Shown in pieces: positions 37,542 to 49,720 of a DNA stretch of 64,000 nucleotides. The notes below the pieces were generated by a model. That model searched no databases. It worked only from the letters and a program-made list of their open reading frames with translations, and had not been told where the DNA came from. The stretch comes from Lama glama (lineage: Eukaryota), in NCBI GenBank assembly GCA_028534125.1, contig CM052832.1, forward strand, positions 7,008,001-7,072,000, written 5' to 3'. Made by a program: the position numbers and the translations under genes. Numbering within the stretch: position 1 is the first letter of the stretch; every line of letters begins with the position of its first letter.

Positions 37542-38041
37542 NNNNNNNNNNNNNNNNNNNNNNNNNNNNNNNNNNNNNNNNNNNNNNNNNNNNNNNNNNN
37601 NNNNNNNNNNNNNNNNNNNNNNNNNNNNNNNNNNNNNNNNNNNNNNNNNNNNNNNNNNNNNNNNNNNNNNNNNNNNNNNNNNNNNNNNNNNNNNNNNNNN
37701 NNNNNNNNNNNNNNNNNNNNNNNNNNNNNNNNNNNNNNNNNNNNNNNNNNNNNNNNNNNNNNNNNNNNNNNNNNNNNNNNNNNNNNNNNNNNNNNNNNNN
37801 NNNNNNNNNNNNNNNNNNNNNNNNNNNNNNNNNNNNNNNNNNNNNNNNNNNNNNNNNNNNNNNNNNNNNNNNNNNNNNNNNNNNNNNNNNNNNNNNNNNN
37901 NNNNNNNNNNNNNNNNNNNNNNNNNNNNNNNNNNNNNNNNNNNNNNNNNNNNNNNNNNNNNNNNNNNNNNNNNNNNNNNNNNNNNNNNNNNNNNNNNNNN
38001 NNNNNNNNNNNNNNNNNNNNNNNNNNNNNNNNNNNNNNNNN
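37542..38041. other. Assembly gap (500 N)
   Basis: Exactly 500 N. Confidence 0.99.
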
Positions 38042-38098
38042 CCTTAGGCTAACCCAGAAGACACTGAAATTTTCACAAAAATTATGCAAAGCCATTTT

Positions 38099-38567
38099 AT
38101 TTTTTATATTTTATTGAAGTATAGTCAATTTACAATATTATGTTAGTTTCTGGTGTACAGCATGGTGATTCATTCATACATATATATTCCTTTTCTTATT
38201 CTTTTTCACTATAGGCCATTACAAGGTATTGAATATAGCTCCCTGTGCTATACAGTAGGACCTTGTTGTTTATCTATTTTATATATAGTGGTTAGTATCT
38301 GCTAATCCCAAACTCTCAGTTTATCCCTCCCCATCCCATTTCCCCCCCTGGTAACTATAAGCTTGTTTTCTATGTCTATGAGTCTGTCTCTGTTTTGTAA
38401 ATAAGTTCATTTGTGTCCTTTTTATATTTTAGATTTCATTCTTTTTTATGAATGAGTATATTCCAGTGTGTGTGTGTGTGTGTGTGTGTGTGTATCTCAC
38501 AACTTCTTTATCCAGTCTGTTGGTGGACATTTAGGTTGCTTCCAGGTCTTGGCTATTGTAAATAGTG
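38099..38567 (-). mobile_element. 5'-truncated L1 3' end with 14-bp TSD and internal (TG)n
   Basis: Antisense L1 3'UTR (ttttattgaagtatagtcaatttacaat...cttggctattgtaaatagtg). TSD tgcaaagccatttt (38085-38098) / tgcaaaaccatttt (38568-38581). Confidence 0.93.
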
Positions 38568-40199
38568 TGCAAAACCATTTTAGGCCTCTCTTTGACTCAA
38601 ATGCATCCATATAAATAAAACATGACATATAATCAAAGTTTTTAAAAAGTGTTTTCTTAGAAAAAGAAGAGCAGTTTCCTGCTTAACAGAAGGCCTGCTT
38701 ACCTTCTAGGAGGTGGCATGACTATAGTTTTGAAAGGCAGCACCTTTCTTCCTTTGGTTCCACCATGAAAAATTAATCTGAGGATTTATTCCAATCAGTA
38801 TTGAGCTTTTAGTGTTCTTAGGGTTTTCTTAAGCATTTCCAGGTGGAGTTTAAAAGTATTCTTGTATCTGGAAGAGACAGAGGAGACCTTACCTGCAAAC
38901 TAAGATAGCCTTTGGTTTGATGCCTAAATGAAGAGAAGTTCAGATGATCTCATGGACTATGTTCTCCTAGGGACCCCCATGTCTTAGTGGGATGGATCTT
39001 ACAACTAAGGGGGATGAATTTTAAAACTGGAATTCAAAAGAAGGGGACTTTTTTTTAGAAAAGGAGGCTGGGTAACACAAGTCAAGGAGCTAAACAGCGA
39101 TGTTAACATTCACAGACATGCTATGGAAAGGTTGCTGGAAAATACATGTGTGAGGGGAGGGGATGAGGACAGGAGGGAGGGTGTGCTGTGGTCAGGGGAG
39201 GCTGTGGTCAGCTGCAGGGCATGGACAACACCACCAAGATGGAGGTAATGGGACATGCCAAAATCAGAGCATCTGGCAAATGCTAGAATTTGGAGGATTA
39301 TTCTGTGGCCTTGTGGGCCAGGCAGGAAACTGGTCTCACGAGGGTTGGGAAGGTCTTAAAAAGGAGTGGGGAGGCAGTTCTTGCTGTGATGGAAAACCTT
39401 CTTTTGATCCCCAAGTGAAAGAAAAGAGGGAAATGCCTCAAGTAGGTTGAATGGTTAATTTGGGGGTTTTATTTATTTTCAGCCAGTGGTACGGATTCCT
39501 AGATCCTTTTTAAATTGTGGGGGACCTGGTGTAACTTTAAAAAAAATTGAAAGTTGGCCCGGCTTGAAATAATTTTTTGAGAACTTTACTATCCATTTGA
39601 ATCCAAAGAATGACAGAGGAGACAGACAGTATAATGTCCCAAGTCTGTTGCAAACGTGTGCCTTCTGACTAAGACAAGTACAGATCTCAAGAAATCCCCT
39701 TTCTTAACTCAATACAAAACAGCCTTCTTGTGGTTTCAGCTTCTTCCCAAAATAACATTCGAACCACCCACATCAGAGGGCGAAAACAAGAGGTTCAGGG
39801 AGGGGAATATTAGCAGAAGGCATGGGATCAGCTTGGAGATATTTGGGTACCCTTGTGAGCACTTGTTGGCTTGTTAAGCTTCACTTTAAGTGCTAGTTGG
39901 CTTAATACTTGGTTCTTTCCCTATTTGCAGATGAATCCTAAACCATACGGATCCCACTGTTGACTAAGAGAATGACACAAAGGATCTAAGACACCAAAAG
40001 GATGACTTTGTTTGAAAGATAAGGCAAGCAAGAAGGCTGATGCGTTGCTCAATATAGAAAGGCTAAAGCACAGCCAGTTCCTGGGGCAGCTCTGGGTCCA
40101 CACCTAGGATGCTTCAGTGGAAAGTCCCAGGTATCTTTTCATTCAGCAGAAGTCAAGTGACATCTCCACCTGGTTTTAAAAATAAATAAAAGGCAACAC

Positions 40200-40860
40200 C
40201 ATGGAGATAAACCAGTTTTCCTGCACAGGAAGCTCTCAGAATTGTACTAAAGAAATCAGGGCAACAGATGAACATTAAATTGGACATGAATATAACAAGA
40301 GTATATGTACAAGTTTGGCTTACCTAGAAGAAGAGTGTCAAGGAAGCATAGTCCTGACAAGGTGACCAGCCATTCTAGTTTGCCTGGGACGGAAGTGACT
40401 CCCAGGATATGGAACTTTCAGTGCTAAAACTGGGAGAGATCTAAATAAACCAGAACGGTTGGTCACCCTGGTCCACAATGAGTGAGGTTAGTGACAATTC
40501 AAGAGTCAAAAGTGATTTTTTTTGTGGGGGGTGGGGAGGCAGGCACAGACTAATTGCGGAGTCAGAGAGAGGTGCAGGGGCTGGTTTCAGAGCTGTATGC
40601 TTGAAGGATGATATCATGAAAGCAGAGCTTTCAGACTCCTGCTTTGCTTTTGTTCTATCTGGAAGGAAGAATGATCTTCAGGCCAAGAAGAATAAAAGTG
40701 AAATTGGTTAAGGGTCTACCAAAGCTCAAGATGTAGATGTAGAGCTAATAAGAGTTGATCCAGTTGCTCGAAATGAAATCAAGAATGCCAGCCCAGCAAC
40801 TGTGAACTTGAGAGACATGGCGACAGAAACTGCCGAACTCCCCTGGACAGTATTTAAAGA
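40200..40860 (+). mobile_element. CR1/L3 LINE ORF2 fragment, interrupted by MER81
   Basis: gaaagcagagctttcagactcctgctttgcttttgttctatctggaaggaagaatgatcttcag matches the L3 segment encoding EKAELLNSYFASVF. The later translation NLRDMATETAELPWTVFKE resembles VLRELADVIAEPLSVIFEK. Confidence 0.7.
40358..40470. mobile_element. MER81 hAT-Blackjack MITE
   Basis: TIRs caaggtgacc ... ggtcaccctg; internal ggaactttcagtgctaaaactggga; 113 bp. Confidence 0.85.
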
Positions 40861-41047
40861 ACCATTCTCAAGCTTGATTGTGTTTGATGTCCTCCTGGGA
40901 ATCTTGTTACAGATGTAGGTTCCAGGACCCCAACTTCAGAGAACCTTATCTGATGGGTCTCAAGGGCAGGGGTCTACTGTCTCAATAAACACAGCAAGTC
41001 ATTCCCTTGAAGGTGGCCCTTCAAAGGCCCTCTCTCTGAGAAACTCT
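40860..41047. mobile_element. MER5-family hAT-Charlie MITE
   Basis: ttctcaagcttgattgtg...cctgggaatcttgttacagatgtaggttccaggacccca...ctctgagaaac, flanked on both sides by tttaaaga. Confidence 0.65.
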
Positions 41048-41733
41048 TTTAAAGAACTTTGGTGAACAACCAGTTGGTTCATTGGTGCACAGACGATTGG
41101 TCAACACCAACATTTGGTGAATAAATAAACAAACAAACAAAAAGAAAAGATTAGAGATTTTAAAAATACATATATGGATATGTATATGTGTGGATGCACA
41201 TATACATGTTTCATTTTCAAATAAGAAATTTCTAACATGGATTTCACAAAATACAGCCTAATGAGCCTCTTGCCAGGTCCTGTCAGATGCAGACGACACC
41301 TCTCAGGGAGGACAGCTGGTGGTGACAGAGGCCACGCTTGGCCTCTGATGTTCAGACTCTACAGAGACCTTAGAGTTGAGCTCTCTTTGGAACCATCTGT
41401 TTAGACTCAGTGCCTTCACCCAAAGGAATGAGCTTCAAGGTAAAAATGGAAGACGCCCTGGCCAACGAAAGCTTAATATATATCCCTTGGGTGTATTTTT
41501 GTCATCAGCGGGCTAGACAGTTGCAGGTATGCAAATCAGAGTCCTGGAAACCACACCACTGAAAATGCCTGGGCTGGAACAACCCCCACTCCCCCACCAA
41601 GCCACCCAGACAGCCTATATTCTAATAATGGCATTTCCTTCTTATCTGGTTACTAATTCTCTGAGATGCAAACAAAGAAGAAATGAGAGAAAAAAAAATG
41701 ACCTACCAACTAGCTCTATGGAAAAATTCCTCC

Positions 41734-42105
41734 TACTAAATGAAAAAAAATCAAACAGAGAAAGGCAAATACTGTATGATATCTCTTATAGGCAGAACCT
41801 AAAAAAATACAACAAACTAGTGAATATGAATATAGCAAAAAAGATGCAGACTCACAGATACAGAGAACAACCTAGTGGTCACCAGTGGGGAGAGGGAAAG
41901 GGGAGGGGCAAGATAGAGGTAGGGGATTAAGAGGCACAAACTATTACGTATAAAATAAGCTACAAGGATATATTGTACAACACAGGGAATATAGTCAATA
42001 TTTCACAATAACTATAAATGGTGTATAACTTTTGAAAATTATGAATCACTATTTATTACACTTCTAACTTACACTGTACATCAACTATACTTCAATTAAA
42101 AAAAA
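41734..42105 (+). mobile_element. 5'-truncated L1 3' end with 13-bp TSD
   Basis: Sense L1 3'UTR (gcagactcacagatacagagaacaacctagtggtcaccagtggggag...catcaactatacttcaattaaaaaaaa). TSD gaaaaattcctcc (41721-41733) / gaacaattcctcc (42106-42118). Confidence 0.92.
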
Positions 42106-42184
42106 GAACAATTCCTCCCAGATTCAAATTTGTATCTCTTCTTAACTTTGGTTTCTGAAATAATAGCTAAAATGGACATCACGC

Positions 42185-42370
42185 TTTTTCCTTAACAAAG
42201 TCCCTCATGCATATTATTTCATTTCATTCTCCCACCAGCCCCGTGAAGCAGGCAGGACAGAGAGTTTAATGACACCTGGGTCCTCCAGACTGAGATGGGG
42301 CAGAGCTCAAATAATCAGAGCTGGGACTCACCTCAGTCTCCTGACTGCAAATCTGAGACCATAGCCCTTT
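42185..42370 (-). mobile_element. MIR fragment
   Basis: catgcatattatttcatttcattctcccaccagccccgtgaagcaggcagg...cagagctgggactc..cagtctcctgactgcaaatc. Confidence 0.65.
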
Positions 42371-43989
42371 GAACCGGACAATTGTCTCCTTAAGTCCTTC
42401 AGGGGAAAGGGAGGGTGGTGCAGATCACTTAATGAATTAATCCCTCATTGAAGAGAGTTGCGGCTGGGCTCCTGATCACTGCTATATTTGTGTTTGCTTT
42501 TTCTTAAAATTAACATCATTATATTCCCGAGTAGCGGATGCCAACACTTATCCGCAGGGAATTACGATTCTGGGCTGGAAGGAAGCTCCCTCTTGGACGC
42601 TTTGCAAGACCCATCAAAGAACTTGATGGAAATTGAGCCTGTCATTAATGAGACAGGGCAATTTGGCACAGAGAAAACAATCTTCTAAAATGACTGTGTC
42701 AGCAGCCTCATCGGACTCCCCACTGAAACAGAGCAGGGACCAGTTCCCAGAGGTCAGGGGCCACGTGGTTACATATTTATATGCCCCCTGGTACCAAGTA
42801 CAGTGTCGCAGGCAGAGGGGTTGCCCCAGGAATGTCTATGGGATGAACGATTCAGGATGGCGACAGGCTTTGTGAGCTAGAGAGAGGTGCAGAGAACAGA
42901 GCCAAGAAATAATAAACTAAGGTCTGAGGATTTTTATCCCAGCTCCAGCCTTGTACGAGCATTTTCTTCTCTTCTTTCTCATGGGTAAAGAACTTCAGTG
43001 ATGAATCAGACGAGCTAAGCATCGTGTTTCTCAATAATCTGCACAAAACTCTGCCAGAGGTGGGTAGGCAACTGAAGCAATGAAACCAATTTTACAACAG
43101 AGGGCAAGTAGTCCATATTCAAAACCGAGAATCGCAGCTAGGAGGAGAAAAAGTGGTTTAGCTCACTTCCCTTTGTAAAACGATCTCACTGCCTCTAACA
43201 CGAGGTTGACTGTATGCGTAAGGGTTAAATGCATTACCAGCTGGCAAATGACCTTCTGGAGAGAGAAGGAGGAAGCCAGAGAGGCCAACGCTTCAGAAGT
43301 AACTTATTTAATAAAAATCATCCCCCCCTCGCATTTCTGACACCACCGGCAGTCCCACCCTCTTGCCTCGGGTCACCAGACGCGGCTCCGCAAAGTCAGA
43401 GGAAATTATCGAAATCGATCATGGCTGGGTTTTCTGAACTGGTTATTATGCGCTGCTTTTTATCTTCCAAACAGTCCCCACGTTTAATTGCTTCGTTGTA
43501 ATGGATTAACCTCTGAGGTCCACAGTAGCATTTATATTGTGTTCAAAGGGAAAGTTGCAGGTTCTGAGCCTGTTTGCGGGATGTGCTTCATCAAACCAAA
43601 GCATCCCTGCTCGGTTCTGGGTAACTCTGACCGTGGCTTGTCTGCGGAGGTCACTCAGAAGGCCAGGCAAGAAGAAACCCCCACAAAAGGCTCTTTTTTG
43701 ACCTGCAGGAATCAATGCACGCCCTCCAAGCTGATTTCCAGATGAAAGAGGAGTGGGCAATGACCATGGGGACGGTCAGTCTGTAAACAGATATTAAAAG
43801 CACTGGTTTTAGGGGCGGGTTAGACCTGGGTCTTACTCTCCTGCCTCATTCATCTCTCTGCCTCTTCTGGATCTCTCCCCATCAGCAAGCAAATAGGCTC
43901 TGCTGACTCCCATCTATTAAAAAGCACCTCTCTTGGCCACTGAATCTTGGCTATTCATTAAAAATAAAATTCTTAAAAGTATTACCTAG

Positions 43990-44865
43990 ACTTCCCTCCC
44001 ATTCTGCTCAAACCTCTTAGTCATCAAAAACCTTCATGGAGTCAGATGCTAGAGACACTTTTTGGGTTCATCTGTATCACATTTGTAGTGGTATTTGATG
44101 CAGGGAATGGTCCCCCTTCTGAAAACATTGCTTTCTCCTGGATCCCATGAAACCCACCCTCCCCTGGTTTTTCTCCCGCCTCTCTGGCCATCCCTTCCCA
44201 CTGCCCTTCACTGGCTCCACTCCTCCTACTCACCTCTCAATGTCAGGTTTTCCACCTGGGTCCTCTTCTCATTTCTCTCTACCCGCCTTCCCTAGACTTT
44301 CTCATCTGTCCCTGTGGCTTTAAATACCATCTACACACTGATGACTCTGAAACGTACATCTCTAGCTTCTGACTTCTGTCTGAACTTCAGACTAGCATAT
44401 GCATAGTTTATCCAGCCCAAATTCAAATTCTTCAGTTTTCACCATCTCAATACATGAGCCTTAGCTCCTCTTACCTTCAAACTACTGACCAGTCTTGTTG
44501 ATCATCTCTTGAAAGTATATCTCAGGTAAAACCACTTCTCTTCATCTCCGTTGGCATAATCTGGCTCAGGCTACGAGCCTCCCTCTCACACTAGCCCAAG
44601 AGGCTCCTGATACTCGTTGAGGCTTCTATCCGGGGTCCCTTTCCGTCCCCTTGTCACACAGTAGCCAGTGACCCCCAAGCAGGCTTACACTCTTCCTGTC
44701 TGCCTCCTCCTCCCACCTCCCCTGCTTGCTTCCCGTTCCTTAAACTCACCAAGCCTTTGCCCTTGCTCCTCCCTCTCCCTGAAATGCTCTTTCTTCCAAT
44801 ATTACTATGATCCTCTTCCTCTTCTTAGCTTAGAGAGACCTTCCTGGCCCCCCTAATCTAAAACA
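43990..44865 (+). mobile_element. L2 LINE RT-region fragment
   Basis: ctgtggctttaaataccatctacacactgatgactct reads GFKYHLHTDDS (compare HLYADDS); ends cttagagagaccttcctggccccc. Confidence 0.85.
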
Positions 44866-45169
44866 CACCAGAGAGACTTAAGTTTGCACTCCAGCTCCCC
44901 ACTTCCTAGCAGTCAGGGAAAACAAGAAGGGGTGAGAGAAGGAGGCAGGAAGGTGAGCAACGTGGAACACTGATAAGGCACTGGGTTCGCATTGTGGCTC
45001 TGACCCTACCCACCTTGTGGGTCCTGCCACCATGTCATGGCCGGTAGAAAGACACTAGATAAGATGGAAGGCTGTTGGCAAGAGGGGAATTATGATAGAA
45101 TGGCCTTTAGACTTTCCAGCCAACGTGTGAGTTGCTGAATAGAGCTAACCACAGACACCAGTGCTATTC

Positions 45170-46500
45170 AAGCTGAGATCTGAAGGATGCTGGAGGTGTT
45201 AGCCAGAGGAAGAACGGGCAGAGGGACCATGGTACAGAATGCCCCTCAGGCAGACTCGCCCTAGACATCTAGGGGCTTGGCGGAGGGCCAGCCGGCTCCA
45301 GCAGAGCGGGTGTGGGGCGGGGGCGGGGGTGGACATGCGTGTAGGGGTGGGCAGCAGCCTGCCGTGCAGACCCTTGCAGACCACATTAAGGACTTTGGGT
45401 TTCTCTTAAGTTCACGAAAAGCCATCGAAGGGTTTTAAGCAGGGGAGTGACATGGTCCAATTCACATTATTAAAGGTGATTCTGGCTGCAACGGGGAGAT
45501 TGTGGGAGCAAGAGCAAGAAGGCCAGTCCAGAGAAAAGTGCAGTCGTTCAGGAAGAAAGGATGGCCCCTTGGACTAGGGGTGTGGAGAAACTGATGGGCT
45601 TGAGAAACATTTCTGAGGTTTAATTGAGACTGCCTGGTGGAAGACGGGGTAGGAATTGAAGATAACTCCCAAGTTTCTTACATGGGAACTTGAGTGGAAA
45701 GTAATATCCTCCACTGAGATGGAAAAGACTGGAAAGGAACACAATCTGAAAGAGACGCCTAAGAGTTCCTTTCTGGACATGCTAAGTTTGGGATGCCTGA
45801 TGTCTAGACGAAGAGTCAAGCAGGCACTTGGATGAGGGGTTGGTTGCAGAAAAGAGGTCAGGGTATTTCCGGGTCTGTGGTAGGTGCCTTGAGATTGGGA
45901 TTCATCTGTATAAATGGTACTTAAAATCATGAGAATGAAGAAGATGGTCTAGGGAAACAATACACCATGATGAAATGACCAGGATAAAAGCGTGAGGCAC
46001 ACGAGCATTTTGAGGTCGAATGAAAGACCTAAGTCCAACAAAAGAGACTAAACAGGAATAACCAGAGAGAGTGGAATCCAGGCATCCTGGGAAACAGCCA
46101 AGAGAAGAGAGTTTGAGAAGCAGGGAGTGATCAATTACGTCAAACACAGCAGAGATGGCCAGGAAAGGCATGCCCTTTGGCTTCTGCACTGCTGAGGCCA
46201 TTTGTGGCTATAGCAAGAGCAGGTTTGGGTGGTGTCAGGAGAACACTGACCGAGGTGGGCGGATGAGGAAGTGCAGGCAGACTTAAGTAGGCAATGCTTT
46301 CAAGAAGCTTGGCTACAATGGTAAACAGACAGGGTGGAAGCTGATGAGGGTCATGGGATCCAGGGAGGGTTTTAGTTTCCTTTTGTTTGGAAAGCCATGT
46401 GCACAAGTGAAGCACTAACAGAATGATCCAGACAAAAAGAAAAAAGGTTGACAATACAGGAGGAAAATGAGATTATTAGAAGGTTAGTGTCTCTGAGACC
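45170..46500 (-). mobile_element. L2 LINE RT-region fragment
   Basis: Minus ORF 45902-46201 (ISAVFDVIDHSLLLKLSSLG...VPHAFIL...LHSHDFKYHLY) matches L2 RT (LSAAFDTVDHSLLL...VPQGSVL...IHSHGFKYHLYADD). Confidence 0.9.
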
Positions 46501-46504
46501 CAGG

Positions 46505-46794
46505 GGAACATAATGCAAGCCCCATAAGTTTAAATTTAAATTTCCTAGTAACCACATCAGTAAAAGTCAGAAGAAAGAAGTAACACTAATTTCAATAATA
46601 TATTTCATTTTGCATGACATATTCAAAATATTATCATTTCAGCATGCCATCGATATAAGCAATCATTAAGATATTTCACATTCCTTTTTCATATTAAATA
46701 TTTGACTCTTACAGCCCATTTCAGTTCAGACTAGATGCATTTCAAGCACTCAATAGCCACTTGTGACTGGTGGCTACCATATTGGACATCTCAG
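46505..46794. mobile_element. MER33/MER3-family hAT-Charlie element inserted in L2
   Basis: tttaaatttcctagtaaccacat...catttcaagcactcaatagccacttgtgactggtggctaccatattggaca. Confidence 0.85.
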
Positions 46795-46835
46795 GTCTAG
46801 AACACAGTAGAAGGACTGGCCTCTGACAGAGTGAA

Positions 46836-46916
46836 GATAAGAAAGAAAGAGAAAGAAAGAATGAGAAAGAAAAAGAAGGAAGGAAGGAAGGAAGGAAGGA
46901 AGGAAGGAAGGAAGGA

Positions 46917-46999
<83 letters not shown>

Positions 47000-47062
47000 G
47001 AAGGAAGAAAGAAAGGGAGAGAGGGAGGGAGGGAGGGAGGGAGGGAGGAAGGGAGGAAGAAA
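46836..47062 (+). repeat. Compound (GAAG)n(GAAA)n(GGGA)n microsatellite
   Basis: Near-pure polypurine tetranucleotide arrays over about 225 bp. Confidence 0.97.
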
Positions 47063-49720
47063 CCATGGATGCAGGAGGGTTTGAAGGTTTGGTGGTGGAT
47101 GGATGAGGAGAATGAAAGGAAAGAGCGCTAAATACAACCACCAGTATATTACTTCACCTTTCCATTAATGTACTTCTTTTTCCTTGAAATTCCCTTTTAC
47201 TTCCACATGACTCTGAAGTCACTGGGCTTCTTGAGTCATTGGAGGTAAGTAGTTTTTACATCAGAACACCTCTGTCATAGCCAAAACAAATCTCTTTTTG
47301 AACAAGGGGAGCACTTTTTAACACAATCTCTTCTCCTATGTTTGGAGAGACAGAGCATCATTCGGCGCTAAAGCAAGTGTGAGTTGTGTGTCCTCAGCCC
47401 GGTCCTGCCACGAATCTTCATTGTGCCGGGCAGTTCAACTTCCTAGGGATGCTCTGAGCGATAAGAATGAGACAGAAAAAGAAAACTACAAAATCGAAAT
47501 GCCCACAGACACCATCAGTAATAACAACACCACCACCAGTGACAGATCCGTGGAGAGCCAACCACATCCTCCTGGCGTTGGCAGCTGGTGACCCCTCCAA
47601 CCTATTTTTCAGTCATAGAAGCATCAGCAAAACCCCAAGTGGGACTCTGCCTAAGCCTTTCCCTCCGTTCCCTTCAAACCCACATGGACTTTGAGGGAAA
47701 TCTAATCCACATGTTTCTGATTCATTTACACTTAACTCATCAAAATGTTGTTTTCTAACAGCTATTTGATGGCCAAGAAGCCTTTCTTAAAGCTCCTTTC
47801 TTAGAAATAGGATGTTGTGGTTTGCCAAGAGGAAAAAGGCTGAGCCCCCAAAGGTTTATATTCGACTTGAAACTAAGAAATGGTGAAGTTTGGGCCACAT
47901 TTGGCCCGATGCTTTCTCATTATTCCGAACAACTTTTCTCCCCCAGGTGATTTTTCAGCTCTCAGTTCAGTGTCAGACGGAGTGAAAATGCTTGGGTTAG
48001 GCAGGGTTGCTGGTCCCGGATGGCCTTTGAGACAAGTTGGACTAGAAACTAGGATGCGTTCAGAAAGGATGTTTTTTCTGCCAGCTCATTTTCCCTCCCT
48101 TGAAATTCCCTTTACCTCCACGGTTTACAGTAAGCCTCTCGTCAGCTAAAGGGCAGCTCCTTGAGTCACCCCAGGGTGCTTTCCGTGTTCACACGCTGCT
48201 CCCCCACGAGGGTCTAGCTACTTGTGGTGCTCGGAACCACCGCTTCATTCTTTGTTTCTACTTCTCAATGAAAGCTCTGTGTCAAAGTTTCAAGAAAACA
48301 AAAATCCCAGAGCATGAAGAATTTCATGGCCCTGCAAAGAAACAGAAGAAATGTTAGATCAGATTTAGGCTGATACACTCACCAACTCCCTTTAACTTAA
48401 GACTTTAATTAAAATGACCCCTATAAGGGGGATTAAAAATAAACACTCATTCATGGTTTCACTCTGGAATCCCATAAAATGTACATGAACACACAACTTC
48501 TGGTTTATTGTAGCTTCCCGAGACACCCTGCCCAGATGGATTCGATTCCTGCCATTTGGAATTAAGACAAATCTTTCGCAGCCCTCACAGGGGTAGACAC
48601 TCTGATCTTCCTCCATGTTTGTTTCTCTTTGGGCAGCTTCCAGACATGGGCCATTGGACACATGGTACCCGAGCAAGATGAGTTTATGAATTCTCTCTGG
48701 TGAAGGGGCAAACTGTGTAGTCTGGCAGCAGTAACTAGGACACAATAAATGTCCAAAAATACATGTGTTGAATTAATCTGTATCAACAAAACTCAGTGGG
48801 TCTACAGACCTGGTGGACTAGAGAAGGGGGACTGTATTCACACTTTGCAAAGCAAAAGAAGAAACTGACAAAGGAGGGAGGCAATGAAGAGGAGAAATAC
48901 AGAGAGAAGCTATCTAGTAAATTCATTTTGCAGACAGCTCCAATCAATGGCTTGTCTCCTGGTGAGCAATGAATGACCATTTCTACAGAGTCTTACCAAG
49001 GTGACAATGGATAAGACAGAATAACCCGGACTTTGTGAAATATACGCAGATAGGACTATTTTGTTATTATCTCCCTAGAACAATGGGAGAAGGCCACACT
49101 TTGATGTGTCTAATTGGACTTGCTTCCCCTGGTGATCTGATATTCACACTGGCAAAAAGTTAGAATAATGGGAAAAAGTGAGACACAGTCTTTGGACAGA
49201 GAAGGAGGATTTTCCAGTTTTTCACAGAGGCCAGGAGCTCACTGGACACAGACTTTAAGACACAGATACCCTGGATCCACTCCAGCAGTGGGAATGAACT
49301 GTCCCTGGGAGAGTGGAAGGAGCCAGTAGAAATGGCCATGGGAGAAGTGGTCCATCACTGGCTGCTCTTCAGGCTCAGTCAGGTACGTCTTGGATTCCAG
49401 TACCACTAGTAAAGATCAAAACCAAGCATCTCTGTCCCCGTGAACTTGAGCTGAGCAGTGCCCCATCCTGAGGCTGCAGCTAGCTCATCAGTAGCAGACA
49501 TCCAGATGAGACAGCAGAGCAGCAACCTCAGAGTTATTCTGTGCTCAGCCAGAAGCAAGATAAGGAGATGGAACTGGAGGGTTTGTTCAGAGCACAGCTT
49601 CCTGCAAAACTCTCAGAAACGTCTGAGGGACATTTGGGAGGTGACTTCTGTCCAGCAAGTTTCCAAGAAAGGACTCATCTTCTGACAATGTAGACGCGAA
49701 GAAGGTAGAACTCAGTTGTT

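Noticed and set aside
37401..38117. ORFs of about 200 aa spanning the first gap
   Set aside because: Artefacts of N-runs; the same applies to 55626-56305.
38893..38923. 31-nt minus-strand exon candidate (tttag|...GCAG|gtaagg)
   Set aside because: Not frame-preserving, with no supporting neighbouring exons; likely chance.
45308..45329. G4 motif GGGtgtGGGGcGGGGGcGGGGG
   Set aside because: The pattern is real, but it sits in a G-rich part of an L2 remnant with no sign of function.
46742..47141. Phe/Leu/Ser-rich and Lys/Glu/Arg-rich ORFs
   Set aside because: They are translations of the GAAA/GAAG microsatellite.
47447..47591. Possible terminal coding exon (DALSDKNETEKENYK...GSW*)
   Set aside because: Weak acceptor, no recognised homologue and no partner exons.
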